Below the pieces are notes generated by a model that was not told the origin of the DNA, did not search any database, and saw only the letters and a program-made list of their open reading frames with translations. 64,000 bases of DNA. It comes from the human T2T-CHM13v2.0 reference genome, Homo sapiens. The translations under genes and the position numbers were made by a program. Where the stretch lies: NCBI RefSeq assembly GCF_009914755.1, contig NC_060946.1. One strand, given 5' to 3'. Below are positions 53,115-63,500 of this stretch, one piece after another (the first letter of the stretch is position 1; every line of letters begins with the position of its first letter).

Positions 53115-53288
53115 AGTGGAGTGGAATGGAAGGGAATGGAGTGTAGAGGAGTATAATGGACTTGAATGGAATGGAATGAAGTGGAGTGCAATGGAAAGGA
53201 GTGGAGTGGAATGGAAGGGAATGGAGTGTAGAGGAGTATAATGGACTTGAATGGAATGGAATGAAGTGGAGTGCAATGGAAAGGAGTG
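53115..53288 (+). repeat. Exact 85-bp tandem duplication
   Basis: ggaagggaatggagtgtagaggagtataatggacttgaatggaatggaatgaagtggagtgcaatggaaaggagtg x2; cttgaatgga at 53161/53246. Confidence 0.93.
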
Positions 53289-53397
53289 TAGTTGAAAGGA
53301 TTGGAATGGAATGGAATGGAATGGAATGGAATGGAAAGGAATGGAGTGAAATGGAAAGGAATGGAATGGAATGGAGTGAAATGGAATGGAATGGAAT

Positions 53398-53482
53398 GGA
53401 ACGGAAAGGAATGGAACGGAAAGGAATGGAAAGGAATGGAACGGAAAGGAATGGAACGGAAAGGAATGGAACGGAAAGGAAT
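53398..53482 (+). repeat. 15-bp minisatellite (GGAAC GGAAA GGAAT) x5
   Basis: Units start at 53398, 53413, 53438, 53453 and 53468, with a truncated GGAAAGGAAT at 53428. Confidence 0.9.
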
Positions 53483-53757
53483 GGAATGGAATGGAATGGA
53501 ATGAAAAGGAATGGAATGGAATGGAATGGAATGGAATGGAATGGAATGGAATGGAATAGAGTGGAACGAAGCAGAATGGAATGGCATGGAATGGAATGCA
53601 ATGGAATGGAATGCAGTAGATACAAATGGAAAGGAATTGAAAGGAATGGAGTGGAGTGGAGTGGAAAGGAATGGAGAGGAGTGGAGTGGAATAGAATGGA
53701 ATGGACCGGGATGGAATAGAGTAGATTGCAGTGGAGTGGAATGGAATGGAATGGAAT

Positions 53758-53791
53758 GGAAAGGAAAGGAAAGGAAAGGAAAGGAAAGGAA
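53758..53791 (+). repeat. (GGAAA)6 pure polypurine microsatellite
   Basis: Read directly: ggaaa x6 followed by ggaa. Confidence 0.92.
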
Positions 53792-56700
53792 TGGATTGGA
53801 TTAGAGTAGAGTGGAGTGAAGTGGAGGGGAATGGAAAGGATGGAATAGAAGGAATGGAATGGAGTGCAATGGATTGGAATGGAGTGGAATGGAATGGAAT
53901 GGACTGGTAAGGAATGGAATGGAGTGGAATGGAATGGTATGGAGTGGAGTGGCATGGAATGGAATGAAGTGGAGTGTAGTTGAATGGAATGGAATAGAAT
54001 GGAATGGAGTTGAATGTAATGGAGTGGAGTGGAATGGAATGGAGTGGAGTGGAATAGAGTGATGTTGATTGGAATGGAACGGTTTGGAGTGGAAAGGAAA
54101 TGAACGGAGTGAAGAGGAATGCAGTGTAGTGCAACGCAATGTAGTGGAGTGGAAGGGAATGGAGTGGAGTGCAAAGGATTGGAAAGGAATAGAGTGTAGT
54201 GGAGAGAAGTGGAACAGAATGGAATGGAGTGGAGTTGACTGGAATGGAATGGAATGGAATGGACATGAATGAAATGGAAAGGAATTGAGAGGAATGGAAT
54301 GGAGTTTAGTGGAATGGAATGGAGTGGAGTGGAATGGAATGGAGTGGATTGCAATAGAGTGAAGTGGATTGGAATGTAACGGAATGGAGTGGAGTTGAAT
54401 GGATTTGAGTAGAAAGGAATGGAGGCTAGTGGAATGGAATGGAGTGGATTGGATTGGAATGCAGTGGAGTGTAAGAGATTGAAGTGGACTGGAGTGTAGT
54501 GGAGTGGAGTGAAATGGAATGGAATGGAATTGAGTGGAGTAGAGTGAAGTGGAATGGAATGGAGTGGATTTTAGTAGAGTTGGATGGAGTGGAATTGAAT
54601 GGAAAGGAATGGTGTGAAGTGAAATGGAAATCAATGGAATGGAGATGAATGGAATGGAATGGAATGGAATGGAGTGGAACGGAATGGAATGGAGTGGAGG
54701 GGAATGGAGTGGAGTGTATTGGGATGGAGTGAAATAGAATGGAGAGAAGTGGAATGGAAAGGAGTATAATGGAATGAAAGAATGGAGTGTAGTGGAATAG
54801 AGTGGAGTGGAATGGAGTGGAATGGAATGAAATGGATTTGAGTGGAATGGAATGGAGTAGAATCGAATGGAATGGAATAAAACAGAGTGGAATGGTGTGG
54901 TGTGGAATGGAATGGAGTGAAGTGGAATGGAATGGAATGGAATGGAATGGAGTTGAATGGAATGGAATGGAATTTAGTGGAATGGAATGGATTGGAGTGG
55001 AATATAGTGTAGGGGAGTCGAATGGAATGGAGTGGACTGGAATGGAATGGAATGGATGGGATTGGTGTGGAGTGTATTGTAATGGAGTGGAATACAATGG
55101 AGTGAATTGGAATGGAATGCAGTGGAATGGAATGGAGTGGAGTGGAGTGGAGTGGAGTCGAGTGGAGTGGAGTGGAATGGAATGGATTTGAGTGGAATGT
55201 AATCGAGTGGAATGGAATGGAATGAAGTAGATTAGAACGGAGTGGTGTAGAGTGGAGTGGAGTGGGTTGGAATGGAATGGAATGGCAAAGAATGGAATGG
55301 GCAGGAATGGAGTAGAGTGAAGCAAAGCAGAGAGGGGTGGACTGGAATGTAATGGAGTGGAATTGAGTGGAAAAGAATGGAGTGGATTGTAGCGGAGTGG
55401 AGTGGAATGGAGTGAAAAGGAATGGAATGGAATAGAATGGAGTGGAGAGGAATGGACTGGAATGAAGTTGAATGGAATGGAATGCAGTGTAGTGGAGTTG
55501 AGTGGAGAGGAATAGAAAGGAATGCAATGGAGTGAAATGGAATGAAATGGAAAGCAATGGAGTGTAGTGGAATAGAATTGAATGGAGAGGAATCGAATGG
55601 ATTGGAGTGGATTGTAGTGAAGTATAGATGAGTGAGTGGAATGGAAGCGAGTGTGCTGGAGTGGATTGGAGTGGAGTGGACTGGATTGGAATGATGTGGA
55701 GTGGAGTACAATTGAATGGAGTGGAATGGAATGCAATGTAGTGGAATGGTGTGGAGTGGAGTGGAATTGAATGGAGTGGAGATGAATGAAAAGGAATGGA
55801 ATGGAGCGGAGTGGATTGCAATGGAACGGAGTGGAATGGAATGTAGGGGAATGTAGTGGAATGGAGGTGAGTGGAGTGGAGTGGAGTGCAGTGGAATGGA
55901 ATGGAATGGAATTGAATGGAAGGCAATAGAATGGAATGGAACGGAGTGGAACGGAATGGAATGGAGTGCAATGGAAGGAAATGGAATTGAATGGAATGGA
56001 ATGGACTGGATTGGAATGGACGGAAGTGCATGGACTTGAGAGGAGTAGAGTGGAATGGAATGGAACGGAGTGGAATGGAATGGAATGGAGTGGACTGGAA
56101 TGGAATGTAGTAGAGTGGAATGGAGTGGAGTGTATTGGAATGGAGTGGAATAGAATGGAGTGGAGTGGAATGGAATTCAGTGGAATGGAATGGAAGAGAA
56201 TGGAGTGGAATGGAGTTGAGTGGAGTGGAGTGGAATGGAATGGAGTGGAATGGAATGGAGTGAGTCGAATGGAGTGGAGTGGAATAGAGTGGAATGGAAT
56301 GGAGTGAAATGTAATGGAATGAATTGGAGTAGTATGGAATGGAGTGGAATTAATTTGAGTGGAATGGAGTGGCTTGGAATGGAGTGGAGTCGAGTGGAAT
56401 GGATTAGAATGGAGTGGAATGGAATGGGAAGGAATGGAGTGGAGGTGAGTGAAGAAGAGTGGAGTGGATTGGAATGGAATGGAGTGGAATGGATTGGAAT
56501 TGAATGGAGTGGAGTGTATTGGTGTGGAGTGGAATGGAGTGGAATGGAATGGAATGGAATGCAATGGAGTGGAGTGGAATGGAATGAAATTGAATGGAAT
56601 GGAATGGAATGGATTGGAGTGGAGTAAATTGGAGTGGATTTTAGTGGAGTGGAATGGAGTGGAGTGGAGTAGAGTGAACACGAATGGAATGGAATGGATT

Positions 56701-58959
56701 TTAGTAGAGTGGAGTCGTGTGGAGTGGAGTGGAATGGAGTAGAGTGGTGTGGAGTGGAGTGGAGTGGAATGGCGTGGAGTGGTGTGGAGTGGAGTGGAGT
56801 GGAATGGAATGAAATAGAACGGAGTAGAATGGAGTGGAGTGTCATAGAATGGAGTTTAATGGAATGGAATGAAATAGAGTTAAGTGCAATGGAATGGAGT
56901 ATAAGTCAGTGGAGTGGAGTGGAATCGAAAGGAATGGAATGAATTGGAATGGACTGGACTTGAGTGGATAGGAGTGCAGTGGAGTGGAATGGAGTGGAGT
57001 GGAGTGGATTGGAACGGAATGAAATGGAATGGAATGGAATTGAGTGGGCATGAGATGAGTGTACTGGAGAGGAGTGCAATGGGGTTGAATGGAAGGGACT
57101 TAAGTGGAATAGACGGGAATGTAATGGAATGAAATGGAATGGAATGGAATGGTTTGGAATGGTATTGAGTGGACTGGAATGGAGTGGTGTGGAAAGCAAT
57201 GGAGTAGAGTGGAATGGAGTGGCATGGAATTGTGTGGAGTGGAATGGAGTGGAGTGGAGAGGAATGGAATGGAGTGGAGTTGAGAGGAATGGAAATGAGT
57301 GGAATTAAATGGAAAGGAATGGAGTGGATTGGAATGGAATGGAATGGAGAGGAGGGGAATGGAGTGGATTGGAATGTAATGTAGTGTAGAGGAATGGAAT
57401 TGAATGGAGTGAAGTCAAATAGAGTGGAGTGGATTGAAGTGGATTGTAATTGAGTGGAATGGAGTGGGGTGCAGTGGAGTGGAGTAGAGTGGAATGAAAT
57501 GGAATGGGGTGGAGTGGAGTGGAATATAGCAGAGTTGAATGAGATAGCGTGGAGTGGAATTGAATGGTGTGGAATGGAATGCAATGGAGCGGAATGGAGT
57601 GGAGTTGAGTGGAATGGAAGGGAGTAGAGTGGAATGAAATGAATGAAGTGGAACGGAACGGAATGGATTGGATTGGAATGGAGTGGAATGTTTTAGAATG
57701 GGATGGAGTGGAGTGGAATGGAGTGGAGTGGAATGGAGTGGAATGGGAGGGAATGCAGCTGGATGATCTGGAGTGGAATTAAATGGAGTGGAGTGGAATG
57801 GAATGGACTGCAGTGAAATATAGTGGAATGGAATGAAACGGAACTTAATGCAATGGAATGGATTGGAATGGAGTGGAATGGAGTGGAGTGGAGTGCAATG
57901 AAATGGAATGGAATGGAATGCATTGGAGTGGTATGGAAAGTAGTGCAGTGGATTGGAGTGGGGTGGAGTTGAACGGAATGCAATGGAATGCGATGGAGTG
58001 GAGGGTAATGGAATGGAATGGAATGGCATGGAGTGGAGTGGGGTGGAGAGGAGTGGAGTGGAGTTGAGTGGAGTGGAGTGTAATGTAGTGGAGTAGAATG
58101 GAGTGAAGTGGAATGGAATGGAGTGGAATGGTATGCACTGGAGTGGAATGGAGTGGAAAGGGGTGGATTGGAATGGAGTGGAGTGAAATAGAGTGGAGAG
58201 GAAAGGAATGGAATGGAGTTGAGTGGAATGGAATGGAATGGAATGGATTGGAGTGGACTGCAGTGGAGTGGAGTGGAATAGAATGCAGTGGAATGGACTG
58301 GAATGGAGTGGAGCAGAATGCAATAGAGTGGAGTGGAGTGCAAAGGTAAGGAGTGGAAAGGAATGGAATGAAATGCAATGGAGTGCAATGGAGTGAAGTG
58401 GAATGGATTGGAGGGGAATAGAGTTGAGTAGAATTGAATGTTGTGTATTAGAGTGGAATGGAGTGGAATAGAATGGAGTGAAGTGGATTGGATTGGTGTG
58501 GAATGGTATGGAATGGAATGGATTGGAACGGAAAAGAATGGAGAAGAATGGAACGGAATGGAGTAGAATGGAATGGAATGCAGTGGAATGGATTGGAAAG
58601 ACTGGAGTGTAGTGAATTGGGGTGGAACGGAATGGAATGGAGTGGAGTGGAGTGGAATAGAATGAAGTGGAATGGAGTTGAATGGAATGGAATGAAGTGG
58701 AATTGAATGGAGTGTAGTGGAATAATAAGGAATGGAGTGGAAACGGATGGAATGGAATGGAGTGGAGTGCAATGGAGTGCAGTGGAATGGAGTGGAGTGG
58801 AATGGAGTGGATCAGAATGGAGTGGAGTGCAATGGAGTGGAGTGCAATGGAGTGGAATGGAATGGAGTGGAGTGGAATGGAGTAGAGTGGAATGGAATGG
58901 AGAGGAGTGGAATGGAGTGGGGTGGAATGGAGTTGAGCAGAATGGAATGGAGTGGAGTA

Positions 58960-59850
58960 GAAAGGAGTTGAGGGGAATGGAATGGAGAGGAGTGGAATGG
59001 AATGGAGTGGAATGGAATTGAGTGGAGTGGAGTTGATTGGTGTGGAATGGCATGGAATGGAATGGAATGGAGTGAATTGGAGTGTACTGGAGTGGAATGG
59101 AATGGAATGGAGTGAAATGGAATGGAATGGAGTAGAATGGAAAGGAATTCAATAGATTGGAATGGAAAGGAGTGGAGTTGAATGGAATGGAGTGGAGTGT
59201 AATGGACTTGAATGGAGGGGAATGGATTGGAAAATAATGGAGTACTGTGGAATGGAATGGAACAGAATGGATTGGAGTGGAGTGTAGTGGAATTGAATGG
59301 ACTGGAATGGAGTTCAATGGAATGGAATCAAATGGAGCAGAATGGAACAGAGTGGAATGGAATGGAGTGGGGTGGAATGCAGTTAAGCGTAATGGAATGG
59401 AGTGCAGTGGAATGGAGTGGAGTGGAATGGAATTGAGGGGAATTGAATGGAGAGGAGTGGAATGGAATGGAGTGGAATGGAATTGAGTGGAGTGGAGTTG
59501 ATTGGTGTGGAATGGCATGGAATGGAATGGAATGGAATGGAGTGAAGTGGAGTGTACTGGTGTGGAATGGAATGGAATGGAGTGAAATGGAATGGAATGG
59601 AGTGGAATGGAAAGAAATGCAATAGATTGGAATGGAAAGGAGTGGAGTTGAATGGAATGGAGTGGAGTGTAAACGACTTGCATGGAGTGGAATGGATTGG
59701 AAAGTAATGGAGTTTTGTGGAGTGGAATGGAACGGAATGGTTTGGAGTGGAGTGTAATGAAATTGAATGGACTGGAATAGAGTTCAATAGAATGGAATCA
59801 AATGGAGTGGAATGGAACGGAGTGGAATGGAATGGGGTGGAGTGGAAGGG
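58960..59850 (+). repeat. 465-470-bp tandem duplication
   Basis: agttgattggtgtggaatggcatgg 59031/59496; aatagattggaatggaaaggagtggagttg 59151/59621; aatggaatcaaatggag 59321/59791. Confidence 0.93.
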
Positions 59851-60299
59851 AATGGACTGGAGTAGATAGGAATGGTGTGGAGTGGAATGGAGTGGAGTGG
59901 AGTGGAGAGGAATGCAGTGGAGAGGAGTGGAATGGAGTGCAGTGGAATGGAATGAATTGGAGTGGAATGGAATGGAGTGGACTGGAATAAAAAGGAGTGG
60001 AACCGAATCGAGTAGAGTGGAATGGAATGGAATGGAAAGCAATGCATTGGAGTGGAATGAAATGGAATGGAGTGCAATGCCATGCAGCATAGTGGAGTGG
60101 AATGGAATGGAATGGAATTTAAAGAAAAGTTATTGAATGGATTGGATTGGATTAGAGTGGAGTGGAGTGGAAAGGAAAGGAATGGAATGGCCTGGAATGG
60201 ATTAGAATGGAGTGAAATGGAATGGAGTGGAATGGATTGGAAGGGAATTTAGTGGAGTGAAATGGAAAGGAGTGGAGTGGAATGGAATGGACTGTAGTG

Positions 60300-60530
60300 G
60301 AGTAGAGTGTAGTGGAATGTAATGGAGTGGATTTTAGTAGATTGGAGTCATGTGTAGTGGAGTGGAATGGAGTGGAATGGCCTGCCATGGAGCGGCATAG
60401 AATGGAGTGGATTGAAGTAGAGTGAAGTGGAAGGGAATGGAGTGGATTTTAGTAGATTGGAGTAGTGTGGAGTGGAGTGGAATGGAGTGGAGAGGCCTGC
60501 AGTGGAGTGGAGCAGAAAGGAATGGAGTAG
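60300..60530 (+). repeat. 115-bp tandem duplication
   Basis: attttagtagattggagt at 60331/60446; ggcctgc at 60379/60494. Confidence 0.85.
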
Positions 60531-63500
60531 AATGGAGTGGAAAGGAGCGTAGTGGAATAGAATGTAGTGGAATGGTATATAATGGAATCGAGTGGAGTGC
60601 AATGGAATGGAGTGGAATCGAGAAGAGTGGGGTGGAATGGATTTGAAAAGAATGGTGTGGAATGGAATGGAATTGAGTGGGATGGAATGGAATGGAGTGG
60701 ATTGGAGTTGAGCGGAAAGGAGTTCAGTAGAGTGGAAAAAAGTGGAGTGGAGTAGAATGGAACGGAATGGAATGCAATGGCATGGAGTTAAGTGGAGAAG
60801 AGTGTACTGGAGTGGAGGGAAATGGGGTTGAATGGAGTGGATGAAGTGGAATGGAACTGAATGGAATGGACAGGAGTGAAATGCAGTGGTGAGGAATGGA
60901 ATGGAGTGGAGCGGAATTGAATGGAGTGGAACGGAGTGGAGTAGAATGGAGTGGAGTGGAGATGAATGGAATGAAGTGGAGTGGAAAGGAATGGAATTGA
61001 GTGGAGGGGAATGGAATGGAATGGAGTGAAATGGAGAGGAGTGGAATGGAATTTAGAGGAGTACAGTGGAAAGGATTTGAGTGGAATGGAATGCAGTAGA
61101 ATGGAATGGAATGGAGTGAAATGGAGTGAAGTGGAGTGGATTGGAATGGAATGAAGTAGAATGGCATGGAATGGCATGGAGTGGAATGGAGTGGAATAAA
61201 ATGGAATGGAGTGGAGTGAAATGGATTGGAGTGAAGTAGAATGCAATGGATTGGAATGGAATGGAAAGGAGTGGAGTGGTGTGGAGTTGAGTGGAATAGA
61301 GTGAAGTGTAATGGAATGGAATGGAATGGAATTGAGAGGAATGGAATTTAATGGAGTGGAATGGAATGGAGTGGATTGGAATAGAAAGGAGAGGAGTGTA
61401 GAATGGAGTGGACTGGAGGGGAGAGGATTGAAGTGGAGTATAATGGAATGGAGTGGAGTTGAGAATAGTGGAGTGGAGTGGAATGGAGTGCAATGACATG
61501 GAATGGAGTGGAGTGGAAAGGAATAGAGTGGAGTGGTATGGAAAGCAATGGAATGTAATGGAGTTAAGTAGAGTGGAGTGGTGTGGTTTGGAGTGGAAGT
61601 GAATGGAGTGGAATAGAATGGAATGGAATGGAAAGGAATTGAGTGGTATGGAAAGGAGTGGAGTGGAGTGGAATGGAATGGAGTGGAGTGGAGTGAAAAG
61701 CAGTGGAGTGGAATGGAGTGGATTGGAATGGAGTGGAATGGAATGGATTGGATTGGAGTGCAGTGGAGTGGAATGGAATGGAATGGAGTGGAGTTTAGTG
61801 AAATGGAGTGGAGTGGAGTGGAGCTGAATGGAATGAATTGGAATAGAATGAAATGGAGTGAAATAGAGTGGAATGTGTGGAGTGGAATGAAATGGAGTGG
61901 AGTGGAATAAAACAGAATGGAGTGGATTGGGATGGAATGGAATGGAGTTGAGTTCAATGAAGTGGAGTGGCATGGAGTGGAGTTGAGTGGAATGGAATGG
62001 AATGGAGTGCAATGGAATGCAGTGGTGTTGAGTGAAGTGGAATCGAACCGAGAGGAATGGCATGGAATGGAGTGGAAAGGAGTGGATTGGATAGGAATGC
62101 AATGTAGTGGAGTGGAGTACAATGGAAAGGAATGGAATGGAGTGGAAAGAAATGGAATGGAAATAAATGGAATGGAATGGAAAGGAATGGAATGGAATGG
62201 AATGGAAAGGAAAGGAGTGTTGTGGAGTGTAGAGGAGTGGAGTGGAATGGAATGGAGTGGATTGGAACGGAGTGGAGTGGAATGGAAAGCATTATAATGG
62301 AGTGGTATACAGTGGAGTTGAGTGGAATGAAATGGAGTGCAGTGGAGTGGAATGGAATGGAATGGAGTGGAGTGGAATGGAATAGATTGCAGTGGAGTGG
62401 AATGGATTGGAGTGGAATTTAGAAGAGTGGAGGGGAATGGAATGGATTGGAATGGAATGTATGGGAATGGAATGCTATGGAATGGAGTAAAGTGGAATGC
62501 ATTGGAGTTGAATGGAAAGGAGTGAAGTGGAATGGAATGGAACGGAGTGGAATGGAATGCAGTGGAGTGGAGTGGAAGGGAATGGAGACGAATGGAATGG
62601 AATGGTGTGGAATGGAGTGGAATGGAGAGGAAAGGCGTGCAATGGAATGGAAAGGAATGGAATGCAGTGAAGTTGAATGGAATGCAATGGAGTGAAGTGA
62701 AATGGAATGGAATGGAATGGAATGCAATGGAATGCAATGGAATGGAATTTAGGGGAATTGAGTGGAGTGGTGTGGATTGGGGGAGTGGAGTGGAGTGGAA
62801 TGGAATGGAGTGGAATGGAGTGGAAAGTAGTTGTGTGGAGTGGAATGTAATGGAGCAGAGTGGAATGGAATGTAGCGGAGTGGAATGGAATGGAATGGAG
62901 TGAAATGGACTGGAATTGAATGGAGTGTAATGGAGAGAAGTGGAGTAGAGTGGTGTGTAGTGTAGGAGAATGCAATGGAATGGAAAGGAAGGGAATGGAA
63001 TGGGCTGAAATGGAACGGAATGTAATGGAATGGAATGGAGTGGAATTGAATGGAGTTGAGTGGAATTCAATGGAGTAGAATGGAATGGAGTGGAGTGGAA
63101 TGGAATGTAGTTGAGTGGAATGTTATGCAATGGAATGGAATGGATTGGAGTCGTATGCAGTGGAGTGTAATGGAGTGGTGTGGAATGCAGTGGAGTGGAG
63201 TATAATAGAATGGAATGGAGTGAAATGGAATGGGGTGGAGTTTAGTAGACTGGAGTGGAATCTAATTGAGTTGATATGTGTGGCGTGGAGTGGAGTGGAA
63301 TGGACTGGAGTGGAATAGAATGGAGTGGATTTGAACGGAATGGAATGGAATGGAATGGAATGGAATGGAATGGAATGGAATGGAGTGGAATGGATTGACC
63401 AGAAAGGAATACAGTGGAGTGGAATGGAATGGAGTGGCAAGGAATGGATGGCAATGGAGTGGAAAGAAATGAAGTGGTGTGGATTGGAATGGAATGGAAT

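Noticed and set aside
53758-53791. EWSR1-FLI1-type GGAA microsatellite enhancer
   Set aside because: Those elements are tetrameric (GGAA)n, whereas this run is pentameric (GGAAA)6.
51075-54266. 1063-aa minus-strand ORF, and other long HSIPF/HSTPL ORFs (31894-34638, 60788-63130, 54426-56681, 35453-37687)
   Set aside because: Minus-strand stop codons require TTA, CTA or TCA on the + strand, which are rare in a C-poor GGART array, so long open frames are expected by chance. All three frames give the same pentapeptide, the ORFs overlap each other, and no protein domain is recognisable.
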